From NCBI RefSeq assembly GCF_963921235.1, contig NC_086097.1:145268001-145332000 (forward strand): a stretch of 64,000 nt of DNA, in the 5' to 3' direction. The notes beneath the pieces were generated by a model. The model saw nothing but the letters and a program-made list of their open reading frames with translations, had not been told where the DNA came from and did not search any database. The translations under genes were made by a program, and so were the position numbers. Every line of letters begins with the position of its first letter. Positions within the stretch are counted from its first letter, which is position 1. Below, piece after piece: positions 25,859 to 37,820 of the stretch. Source of the DNA: Mobula hypostoma (Eukaryota).

Positions 25859-26794
25859 CTACAGACACAAAAAATAGACAAGTATAAAGAGAATGTCTTC
25901 TCTATTTGGGTATAACATCCATTAAACTATTAATGAAAGGGATTTACCTTCCATGGTACATTATAAAACATCTGCATTAGTATAACAATCGTTTCAAGAA
26001 TTACTACTTATTTGGACATTCATAATTTATTTCAAGCTCATGTGAAGTTAATGCTGCATTTAAATATTACTTTTCTGATGGTTTCTTGCAGGAATAGATT
26101 TTGCTAGGTTTGCAAGAGAAATAGAATTTACATTACAGTTGCTGTTTTTGGATTTAATTAATGATAGAATATCTATCATCATCCATCATCAAAGATCCCT
26201 ACTACCTTCTTGCAGCTACCATTACACATGAACAGAACCCTAAAGTCTCATACCACCATTTTCAAAAACAGCTACTTCCCTTCAACCATTTGTTTCTTGA
26301 ATGAACCAACACAATCCGAATCACTGTCTCGGCATAGCAATACTGTGACCATTTTGAGCACTTTGCACTAAAACATGTCCTGCTCTAATGTTCATCCTCC
26401 CCGTCTAGTGGTTGAATATTTTCCACAAGTAATGATTCTTTGTTTAACTCCATCCTTATCGCTGGTCTCCGCTGCACCTGGTTCCACCTGGTCTAAGCCT
26501 CTCCTGGTAGTTCACTGGTTGAAGATACAGAACTTCACCTAACAACCACGGATCAAACCCAGCCTGGCAACCACCCCTGTTAAAAATATGGACTTTGATA
26601 TGTTGTTCTTTCTTGTATAATTTTTATATATCTTTATAGAATTTATGTTCTTCTGGTAAATGTTCTGTCTAATGCTATGTGCCTGTGATACTGCTACAAG
26701 AAAGTTTTTCATTACACCCGTGCATACATGAACTTGTGCCTATGACAACTATGTCAACTTTGATTTTGATAACATTATCAAAGTCTGGTTTTAC

Positions 26795-26851
26795 CTGATT
26801 TTACCTTCTGCGGAATAACATTCTTCCTCTATTGCCTTGGGCAAGAAATAC
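26795..26851 (-). CDS. ALS2CL: ALS2CL exon
   Basis: tttcag|...|gtaaaa; YFLPKAIEEECYSAEGKI; low sequence conservation but phase 2/2 fits both neighbours. Confidence 0.75.
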
Positions 26852-28688
26852 CTGAAAAACAAATTAATTGAAAGGCACACTGTTCACCTTTGACTCTTCC
26901 AGAAGTCAGAGTTATCAAGATTGTCACTGAGTATGCAGTAAGTTAAAAGCACAGAAGTGGGCTATTCAGCCTATTAATTTGCATCAGCATTTGTGCTCCA
27001 AATAAGATTCCTTCTTCTACCATACTGCACCTAAACCTATGAAGCACATCCTTTTTTCTTTATGTTTTCATCAATTTTCTCCAGAAATGCAACTATGCAA
27101 TAGGCCTCAACTACTCCTTGGCATGGCTACACTACATTTAGACAACTCAGTGGCTAAAAACAAAATTCTCCAGAAATACCAAAGTAGTAAAAATTACTAG
27201 GAATGACTATGATGAACTAAAACTTACAATGCTATATTAATATTAATCTCAGGGATCACCTTTATCAAGAAATGCAGATATGATGTGACACTTAATTAAA
27301 AATATTAAAGTTCTAATGACTGACCATTGATCTAGTACATTTAAGTCTGTTTCTTTATTCATCTGACAATCTGACTTATTCTAGCATTTACACTATTTCA
27401 ATTTTCTATCATCCGCAGTATCCAAGATAAGCAATTTAATTTTATTATTTATAAGTAATGGTCACGTGTCAATTTTTCTCAAGAAGGTGCAGTGTCTACA
27501 ACCTTTCATAACAAACACCTTCTCAGTCTGCTTTCCATGTGAATACTTTTTGCAGCTTCTTTTTCCAGAGTGACCAGACCAAGGACATTAATTTAAATAT
27601 GGTTTCAATAAGTTTCTAAGCACACTGATACAATCAATTTTCCTGAACTGTTGCATGAACTCATCCTTCACACCATTACTGTAAATTTGTTTCTCTTTGG
27701 CTGTATGATTACTATAAAATCCTGCTTAGATCCACCTACAATTATCTGATTTATGCTCTGCTTAGCAGTACAGCTAATGATTGGAGAGACTTCAACCATT
27801 CCCACCAATGTGTTCTGTCCTTTAACAGTACTCAGTTTTAGTCAAATTGATTGTAATCCTTAAATTTCTGAGCTGTGGTTCTTTATGTTGTTGGCAACCC
27901 GTTCTTATTACCAGAGTGGCTTCTGAACATTTTCTTTCTCCTCCCCCGCTTTTTCCAGTTTGTTTACCATTTCCAAAATAGTTAGTTCTTTGAACACGCT
28001 CCAACTACTTTAATATTAATAAATTAAATTTATTAACATTAGTAGGTGTTTTAAAGATCCAATCTGCTTGTTTCATTTATTCTATTTTGTTGCACAATCC
28101 TACCAATACCGACGGTAGAATCAATGAAAAAAAATTTCTTAATTAATTGGCTAAAGTCAAAGCAGACCTGAAATTAAACTCAAAACATTAATCAGTGATC
28201 TACTTTTTCTGAACGGAAATGATGATCCCTTTTTTCCGCGCTCAGTGGTTAGCTGAGAATTTGAAGCTCAGTAGATCTGTTGTCTAACCATTCTGCAGTT
28301 TTAAACTTTGGCAATGTTTCCCAGTGATGAAATATTAGACATTTGATTCCTGCTGCATAAACATCAGAGTTATTGCTGTTTTTTTTTCATTATGCCCTCA
28401 TTCCATACATATTCTTCCTTCCCAGGCTCTCCTCTAATGTTAACAAGTTTGCCAAGAGCATTTACCTAAAGCAATTCCAAGCATCAATCCTTACCCTAAT
28501 TTAAGTAAATTACATATCTACGCATTTAATTTTATCTGCCTTTGAAATGCTATGACAGATTAAACAGAAATTTGGCCGGTTGAGGGATATGCCATCAAGA
28601 AAATTTGTACAGAATATGCAAGTCAGTAGAGTTAGTGAAGAAAACAAGTACATTAATCCAAAGATGGAGCAGAAAATGTAACACTGAC

Positions 28689-28846
28689 CTGGCCAGCTCA
28701 AAGAGCTTGTTGGCATGGGACACCACTTCCTGCTGTGCCATTGAGAGCAACCGTTTACACATACAAATGCCAGAAAATGTGTCCTGGAAAACCAGGATCA
28801 GTGTCTGAAGCAGTTTCCCTAGAGGATGACGGTAAGACTGAAAAGC
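28689..28846 (-). CDS. ALS2CL: ALS2CL exon
   Basis: ttctag|...|gtcagt; AFQSYRHPLGKLLQTLILVFQDTFSG...ELAR. Confidence 0.93.
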
Positions 28847-29605
28847 CTAGAACAAAAATTAGAGACGTTGATCATCTTTTCTTAAATTGTATTTTCCTTA
28901 TTTTTGTTTTGTCCGTTCAAGGCAGTTTATGAAGATGATAGGGTACAATGAGTAGACAATATTAAAGCACACAGTAACCTAGCTTTATTTTCATCACATT
29001 CTGAAATACAAGAGTAAAGTTATGGTAAATCTTTATAAATAATAGATAAGGCCTTATCTGGAGTTGTGTCCCATTTTGTGCGTGGCTGCAGAAAAAATCC
29101 ACTAGAAATATATACGCAAGGACTGATGAGCTGTATGTATATGGAGACTATCAAAACTGAGATCTTTCTCCTTGATAATATGGGCTAACTTTTCCTTCAA
29201 TAGACCAAATGACTTCCTGCTGGTTATATTATTCATTGTGATATTATAGCATGGCTGAGGCAACTGGTTCCTAATAATATTAATTAACATTTCCCACTCC
29301 AGATATGTGACCAGCTAATCTTGGAATGGGTGGGGGAGATGATGTTGAAGGTAACACCTTTTGAAGGACAGGATAAGTAATTATTCAGCTCCTTCAGGTA
29401 GAGCACTATTTTAAATAGCAGCATTCATGTTGTTTCATCTAATGACCAGTAATTGAGCCAACATGATGAGATCAATTTAAATTGTCAAAAGTAAATAGTT
29501 TGTGTGGATGCCATTTGCAAATGAGCTGATGCATTTTGTCCACAATATTTCAAGGAAGTGCTTAATTGGAAAAAAGAAGTTTGTCCTTTAAATCAAACGC
29601 CTTAC

Positions 29606-29693
29606 CTTCTTCAAGTACTCCTTCAATTGGTTTAGCTTAGCCAAGTTACCCTGATTTTGCATGATTTTCTCAGAAGAGGAGGCATCATTTGGC
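29606..29693 (-). CDS. ALS2CL: ALS2CL exon
   Basis: ttctag|...|gtaagg; PNDASSSEKIMQNQGNLAKLNQLKEYLKK; phase 2/0 fits. Confidence 0.85.
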
Positions 29694-31241
29694 CTAGAAA
29701 ATGGAAAAATAATTGACTTAAAGAATAGTCTTTTATATTGTAGGGAGAAACAATGTGCTGTGTTTGGACCAAGGACTACTCAGCCATGTCATAATCCAAT
29801 GCAGATTGATAGGATTAAACCTTCTTGCCATAAATTCACCCCCAGTTGGTACAATAAATTGGCAATGTAGTGGTAATGTATGGTCTAATCTATTTCTGAA
29901 ATTTGGTTCCACTGATCTCAATTTCCAAAACTTGGAAGAATGCACAGCATTGTAGCACCTGTAACACAACTAACAGCAGTGAATTTCCAAATAGCATTGC
30001 TGGATGCAAGCTTTGTTATTTATTGTGTGCTGTTTTCACTAGCATGCAGCTTCATGTAAACCTGGGAACACAAGCATATGTGTGATCCTCTTGTGTCCAT
30101 GGGTTTCCTAAAGGTCTGTGCACACAAAGCGTGGCAACAAAATTCCGTTCCCTTTAATTTCAAAACCAGAAAATTAATAGCCACAGATTCCAAGAGCCTT
30201 CTTTCAGAGAGTAATTGTACTTCTTGGAAGTATTGTTGGGAGAATAATTCCTGGGGCTTTTGATTCACAGTACAGAATATATTTTAAAATTCAAATTATA
30301 CTAGAGTGGTACCATAGCTCACTGATTATATAAATATGATTATTTGATTACACAGATAATGGATTCATTACCTGTAATTTAAAGTAGTGCCAGCTTATCC
30401 AGTTTAGCTCATGGTTGCCCAGTATGTCTGCTAGCCAGCTAACACATAGTATGCTGAACAATATCCCTGAGAATGTGAGTTGAGAATTTGAATAAAATAA
30501 ATGGTAATAGAATGCTTGTAACAGCAAAGGGGTTGAGGATACTCTCTCATTTAAACTAGCGTTCTTCAAGAAAAGCAGCCGGCATTTTATTTCCCTCTCA
30601 CTCAAGCCTATACGTGACCCTGGTCCCTCAAATGTAGTTGGCCCCTATACTCTGAAATGACCTAGCGGAATGCTCTGCAAAATGCAGGATGGACAGTAAA
30701 CGCCAGCTTTATCAGTGAAGTTCACATTCACATTATTTTCCAAACAAGGAAAGAATCAAGCCTGACTGATGTCTTTCATCATAAAATAAGTTGCAGAAAT
30801 TTACACTGCTCTCTGCTTATTAATGTGGTTGGGGCGGTGGTGAGCTGTTGGGTGTGGAGCCATACAAAATCATTTCCATGAAAGGAAGAGAGAAAGAGGA
30901 AGTATCATGGAGCAAAATGTAGAGTTTGCTGCTTCAGTTTCAGGGATCTGGATTCTTGGCCTCCAGTGCTACCTGAGTCGAGTCTGTACATTCTCCCTGC
31001 ACGTTCACCCAGATTCCTTCCACATCCCAAAAAAAACATGCAGGTTTGTCAATTAATTGGCTAACGTAAGTGTACAGGTGAGTGATAGAATCTGGGGTAA
31101 ATTGATAGAAGTAGGAAGAATAAAATAGGTTTGGTGTAAATGTGTTAATGGGCTCTGTGGGCAATGGGCCTGTTCTGTGCTTATGACTCTATGACTTTTG
31201 TGTGAGCAATGTACCAACAGGAAAGGAGAAACAAGTCTTAC

Positions 31242-31469
31242 CTGTCATAAGGCAGAAATTTTTCAGGACTTTTAAAGAAAGTTGTATCCACTTCTGTAAC
31301 CATTACCCTGTTCTTTGGATTTCTACGGTATTCCTTGCCATTCTCTGAATAAAACCCAAGGAAGGACTCCATTGAACTCTCATCAGAGCCAGATTTGATG
31401 AATTCCCAGAACTGATCATAAATCCCCTGCCATCGATCGTTAGCTGGTATGAGGTGGCTGCCTAGTTGC
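31242..31469 (-). CDS. ALS2CL: ALS2CL exon
   Basis: ttctag|...|gtaaga; QLGSHLIPANDRWQGIYDQFWEF...; open over 75 codons. Confidence 0.88.
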
Positions 31470-31861
31470 CTAGAATGAGAATGAATTTCCTCACAAATTG
31501 GCTAAGTTGCATCTCTTAATCACCTTTCTGTCTGTAAACCAGAAAAGTTTATCAATTTTCTGGTTCATTTACAGTATATTAATCTTTGTACATTTAAATA
31601 CATGGACTTCAAAGCCAAAAACGTCCAGTTAATATCTAAAACATCAACTATACTCTTTTCCATAGATGCTGCCTGGCCTGCTGAGTTCCTCCCCATTTTG
31701 TGTGTGTTGCTCGGATTTCCAGCATCTACTGACTTCCTTTGTTTTCAGTTAATATCTGACACCTTATTGAGCATTCAGTGAAAACACGTACTGTATATAT
31801 CAACTACTGTCAGGGCTTTTCTCATAATTATTTTTAAAAAAGCACAAATAACTGTTTTTAA

Positions 31862-32722
31862 TGTGACGAGAATACACATAAAAATTAAGATGTTTGCTGG
31901 CCTGGGCTAGCATCAGTGGCATCAGCAGTTGGTCTGCCACCTGCCCTCAGGGGAAGGAGAGATAAGGAACAATGGAGCAGCGTCTGGAGATGTGTAATGA
32001 AGGGACATGGGAGAGAGAGCTGTCTGGAGCGGCTCCCCCCTTTGAACCTTGAACTGTTTGAAGTGATGGACAGGCAATACCCCAGCAGGGGGATAAAAAG
32101 GGACCAGTTCGCTAAGGCAGGACACACACAACACCCGAGGTAACGAGACCCTGGAAGCGGTGCGCCTCTCACGAGTGGGTGAGAAGTACCAGACAACGAC
32201 CAGGGTGGAAAGGTACGATCAGCGGGAACCCGGTGTGTGTCCGCCCTTGCCTGGGTGCCGGGTTCACTGCAGAGGATCGACCGCATCTGGAGGAGGGGTC
32301 ACAGTCGGTGATCTCAGGTGACATCACCAAGGACCCGCCCAAAAGTTGCTTGTGAGCAATCTCGCCGGTCTGTGAGTGAAGCCGTTCTGTATGATCAGTT
32401 GTTCCTGTTCTATCTCTCTCTTCCCCCACGTTGTCCATCGCCATGGCAACGATTACTGCGAACTGAACTACTAACCGGACTGAACTTTGAGTCACTTTAA
32501 ATTTGGTCATTTACCCCTAGACAACGATAGAGCTTGATTGATGCTGTTATCTTAATTCTGTGCACATGAGTGGTTATCATTGCTGAACTGTTGCATTTAT
32601 TATCCTTTCGATTACTGTGTTGCTAATTTCTTTAATAAAACTTTCTTAGTTCTAGTACTCCAGACTCCAACTGAGTGATCCATTTCTGCTGGTTTGGCAA
32701 CCCAGTTACGGGGTACGTAACA
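31862..32722 (+). mobile_element. Solo LTR (~860 bp)
   Basis: TGTGACG...CGTAACA terminal inverted ends; GC-rich interior; AATAAA near 32634; TSD not clean. Confidence 0.72.
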
Positions 32723-32742
32723 TAAAACACTAATAAATCTGT

Positions 32743-33398
32743 AAACAACAGGAATTCTGCAGATGCTGGAAATTCAAGCAACACACATCAAAGTTACTGG
32801 TGAACGCAGCAGTCCAGGCAGCATCTCTAGAAAGAGGTACAGTTGACATTTCAGGCCGAGATCCTTCGTCAGGACTAACTGAAGGAAGAGTTAGTAAGGG
32901 ATTTGAAAGTGGGAGGGGGAGGGGGAGATCCAAAATGATAGGAGAATACAGGAGGGGGAGGGATGGAGCCAAGAGCTGGACAGGTGATTGGCAAAGGGGA
33001 TATGAGAGGATCATGGGACAGGAGGCCCGGGGAGAAAGACGGGGGGGGTGGAACCCAGAGGATGGGCAAGGGGTATAGTCAGAGGGACAGAGGGAGAGGG
33101 AGAAAAAGGAGGGTGAGAGAAAGAATGTGCCCCATCCGTTATTTATTTTTATACACACATTCCATCCCATGATCCTCTCATATCCCCTTTGCCAATCACC
33201 TGTCCAGCTCTTGGCTCCATCCCTCCCCCTCCTGTCTTCTCCTATCATTTTGGATCTCCCCTTCCCACTTTCAAATTTCTTACTAACTCTTCCTTCAGTT
33301 AGTCCTGACGAAGGGTCTCGGCCTGAAACGTCGACTGTACCTCTTCCTAGAGATGCTGCCTGGCCTGCTGCATTCACCAGCAACTTTGATGTGTGTTG
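32743..33398. mobile_element. Penelope-like fold-back insertion (C), non-coding
   Basis: Inverted arms with a complex centre near 33125-33165; 15-bp TSD cactaataaatctgt at 32728-32742 and 33399-33413. Confidence 0.9.
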
Positions 33399-33432
33399 CA
33401 CTAATAAATCTGTGCTGGCTTTCATTAATGAC

Positions 33433-35406
33433 AAACAACACGAATTCTGCAGATGCTGGAAATTCAAGCAACACACATCAAAGTTGCTGGTGAACGCAGC
33501 AGGCCAGGCAGCATCTATAGGAAGAGGCGCAGTCGACGTTTCAGGCCGAGACCCTTCGTCAGGACTAACTGAAGGAAGAGTGAGTAAGGGATTTGAAAGC
33601 TGGAGGGGGAGGGGGAGGTGCAAAATGATAGGAGAAGACAGGAGGGGGAGGGATAGAGTCGAGAGCTGGACAGGTGATAGGCAAAAGGGGATACGAGAGG
33701 ATCATGGGACAGGAGGTCCGGGAAGAAAGACGGGGGGGTGGGGGGTGACCCAGAGGATGGGCAAGAGGTATATTCAGAGGGACAGAGGGAGAAAAAGGAG
33801 AGTGAGAGGAAGAATGTGTGCATAAAAATGAGTAACAGATGGGGTACGAGGGGGAGGTGGGGCCTAGCGGAAGTTAGAGAAGTCAATGTTCATGCCATCA
33901 GGTTGGAGGCTACCCAGACGGAATATAAGGTGTTGTTCCTCCAACCTGAGTGTGGCTTCATCTTTACAGTAGAGGAGGCCGTGGATAGACATGTCAGAAT
34001 GGGAATGGGATGTGGAATTAAAATGTGTGGCCACTGGGAGATCCTGCTTTTTCTGGCGGACAGAGCGTAGATGTTCAGCAAAGTGGTTTCCCAGTCTGCG
34101 TCGGGTCTCACCAATATATAAAAGGCCACATCGGGAGCACCGGACGCAGTATATCACCCTAGTCAACTCACAGGTGAAGTGATGCCCCACCTGGAAGGAC
34201 TGTTTGGGGCCCTGAATGGTGGTAAGGGAGGAAGTGTAAGGGCATGTGTAGCACTTGTTCCGCTTACACGGATAAGTGCAGGAGGGAGATCAGTGGGGAG
34301 GGATGGGGGGGACGAATGGACAAGGGAGTTGTGTAGGGAGCGATCCCTGCGGAATGCAGAGAGAGGGGGGGAGGGAAAGATGTGCTTAGTGGTGGGATCC
34401 CGTTGGAGGTGGCGGAAGTTACGGAGAATAATGTTGTCCAACATATTATTCTCCGTAACTTCCGCCACCTCCAACGGGATCCCACCACTAAGCACATCTT
34501 TCCCTCCCCCCTCTCTCTGCATTCCGCAGGGATCGCTCCCTACACAACTCCCTTGTCCATTCGTCCCCCCCATCCCTCCCCACTGATCTCCCTCCTGCAC
34601 TTATCCGTGTAAGCGGAACAAGTGCTACACATGCCCTTACACTTCCTCCCTTACCACCATTCAGGGCCCCAAACAGTCCTTCCAGGTGAGGCATCACTTC
34701 ACCTGTGAGTCGACTGGGGTGATATACTGCGTCCGGTGCTCCCGATGTGGCCTTTTATATATTGGTGAGACCCGACGCAGACTGGGAGACCACTTTGCTG
34801 AACATCTACGCTCTGTCCGCCAGAGAAAGCAGGATCTCCCAGTGGCCACACATTTTAATTCCACATCCCATTCCCATTCTGACATGTCTATCCACGGCCT
34901 CCTCTACTGTAAAGATGAAGCCACACTCAGGTTGGAGGAACAACACCTTATATTCCGTCTGGGTAGCCTCCAACCTGATGGCATGAACATTGACTTCTCT
35001 AACTTCCGCTAGGCCCCACCTCCCCCTCGTACCCCATCTGTTACTCATTTTTATGCACACATTCTTTCTCTCACTCTCCTTTTTCTCCCTCTGTCCCTCT
35101 GAATATACCTCTTGCCCATCCTCTGGGTCACCCCCCCCCCCCATCTTTCTTCCCGGACCTCCTGTCCCATGATCCTCTCGTATCCCCTTTTGCCTATCAC
35201 CTGTCCAGCTCTCGGCTCTATGCCTCCCCCTCCTGTCTTCTGCTATCATTTTGCATCTCCCCCTCCCCCTCCAGCTTTCAAATCCCTTACTCACTCTTCC
35301 TTCAGTTAGTCCTGACGAAGGGTCTCGGCCTGAAACGTCGACTGCGCCTCTTCCTATAGATGCTGCTTGGCCTGCTGCGTTCACCAGCAACTTCGATGTG
35401 TGTTGC
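33433..35406. mobile_element. Penelope-like ~2-kb palindromic insertion (D) with two inverted GIY-YIG fragments
   Basis: Mirror ORFs 33864-34190 (-) and 34686-35012 (+); centre near 34437; TSD ttcattaatgac at 33421-33432 and 35407-35418. Confidence 0.93.
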
Positions 35407-36750
35407 TTCATTAATGACGGTAGCTTTCTAATTAAGGGGGAAAGATGAAGCCAACATGAAAAGCCACTATTGACATAAGATTATCCATCAGATATATATC
35501 ACTTTAGGCCAGCAAAATCCTTTAACTGTAAAGAGAAAATGCATACAATATAACCTCAGAGATTAAGGCCAGGCAGAGTTTTGCAAACTAAAATATTACA
35601 AACCAAGCAAGTATTCTGTGTATGATAAACACAGATCATTGAAAACACAAAGAGGCTGACATAACGTGAAACTAGTGAGTGACCTGAAGGGTAGCTTGAA
35701 AGATACATATCCTGCCTGCAGCAATAATGGAAAAGTATAGTAATTTTGAAACCAAAGTGAAAGTTAAGGATCAGTAAGGTGATATGAACGTTGCTACACC
35801 TTTTGCATGCTTGATTGTAGACATTAGTAAGCTAGTAAAAGACATGCTGAAAATGCAAGACATATTTAGGTGAGTCTCTGAAGCACTCTGTCAGATGAGC
35901 TGCATGATTTGCCATGATTGCTAAAGTGAAGTTATAATTCAAGTAGCCAATTACATGGACCAACACGATCATGGAAATACTGGCTCTAAGAATTAAAAGC
36001 CGTTTGCCAGAATGTCAACAGTGGGACCACTTTGTCATCATATCCACATATGCTTCCAGCGCAGTATACAGCTCTGTTGAAGGGTTTGCACGTCGACATT
36101 AAAGGGCACAAAGACACATACATATTTAGCTTACAATCAAGCTAATTTACTACAAAAGTGCATTAAAACATGAACAAATAGAGAAGTTGGAAAAAAACAA
36201 AAGATATTGCTTGTCAAAAGCTGTCACAGAGTTATTAAGTGGCACACATTGTCATGTTCCCAAAGCAGATGAGATTGTTTGATGCTGCAGAGATCAAGTG
36301 TATTGTCTTTGCACGTGTATGTTGTGGTACAGGTACACTGAAAACAATGCTTGCAGCAGCATCACCCACTTCTCAATCTACTCTCATATATACAGTCTAC
36401 TCCAATATGTACTTTCCTTGGATTTCTACAAAATCATAAAAGCATCCTTTTCCTGGAAGCTCTGGCTTTTAATAACCTTCTTTTCTTCCTTGTTGGAAAT
36501 ATCTAATTTGTATTTAACTTTTCTTTTAAGAATCCATGAGCTAATTTTCTATTTTATCAGCTGACGGCTTCATTTAAGCTTCCTGCATAAGGGGATTATT
36601 CAGTCTGTTGAATTTGACATTTCTTCATGCATTTACTGTACATTTCCATTTTAGATTTAATGCTGTCAATGTTAAATGTTGCAATGTAATGGGAATTTCA
36701 TTGTTAACTCTGTGTCTTACAGTCTTTGGATATGGATGATTCATACTTAC

Positions 36751-36881
36751 AGCTTGCTGGTGATCGAAGGTTCTAACTCATTGGGAGGTTTGGAGAATAC
36801 TCCATTGGTCTTCAAGCCACTTCCCCACTTGCTACTGAACAATCCCTCAATGAAGTATCCATTGCTAAAAGTAAGCTTTCC
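36751..36881 (-). CDS. ALS2CL: ALS2CL exon (MORN repeat)
   Basis: ctccag|...|gtaagt; GKLTFSNGYFIEGLFSSKWGSGLKTNGVF. Confidence 0.93.
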
Positions 36882-37820
36882 CTGGAGCATAAAATCATAA
36901 GTTAGTGCATTTACAAATAAACTGGGAAATGCTACAAGGTGTGTCATTGAATCTCCTGCTCTTCCTTCAGGACCAGACTAATGGAGAATCCCAGAGGAAA
37001 CAGTCACCATGAGACGATCATGATTTTTTTTCTAAAAGTAGTGCATTAATTCATTAAGTCATGGAGGTTTATGTTATTCAAACCATGAAACATTTATGCA
37101 GCGTTCATCTTTCCCTTAAAGATCGGGAGACAAAAGGCCTATTCAATTATTATCCTTCTGCCAAAAATCAGTGATCTAATCCAATGATCTATTAGGCCTC
37201 TTGATGATAGTAATTTATGTTTTCAGTGAGAAAAGTCCATTTAAGTCCATTTAACATACCTTTGACTGGTCTCCAATTTAGCAAAAACTCATTGCAGTTT
37301 TTAAATAGAGTATTTGTTCTTTATTTGTATCCACTTTATCTCCTCTGATTCAAACAACGATCTTCAAAATCAGAGTCAATTAATCTCCATTGACTTTAGC
37401 AAAAATCAGTGCTCATCTTTCTATTTCTGTTTCCACCACCACACTACCCACATCTCAATGAAACAAAAATCATTTGCCCTTTTTCTTTCACAAACAGGAA
37501 AAAAATTCTGCAGATGCTAGAAATCCAAGCAACACACATGTTTTTTTTTTCTCCAGCCTGATGAAGGATCTGGGCCCCAAACGTCAACTGTACTCTTTTC
37601 CATAGATGCTACCTGGTCTGCTGAGTTCCTCCAGCATTTTATGTGCGTTGTCATTTTTCTTTCTTCCCTCCATCCACCTCTGGCTATGCTTATCTGGTCT
37701 AACTCACATGTGCTTCCTTATCCTACGTCGACACAGGTCAATGACTTGCTTTCTCTCACCCTACTTTTAAGCCAGATTGTTGATATCACCTGAATTTTAA
37801 AGGCAAAAATAGAAACACTC

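Noticed and set aside
32730..33886. Long ORFs (297, 232, 123 aa) with repeated PDEGSRPETST and [11 protein letters not shown] motifs
   Set aside because: Chance read-through of non-coding Penelope terminal arms and the hammerhead motif; the same peptides recur at every copy on both strands
33433..35406. Palindrome as a sequencing or assembly fold-back artefact
   Set aside because: Arms differ by substitutions, ends are asymmetric, a clean TSD flanks it and four other loci share the design; read-level confirmation is still needed
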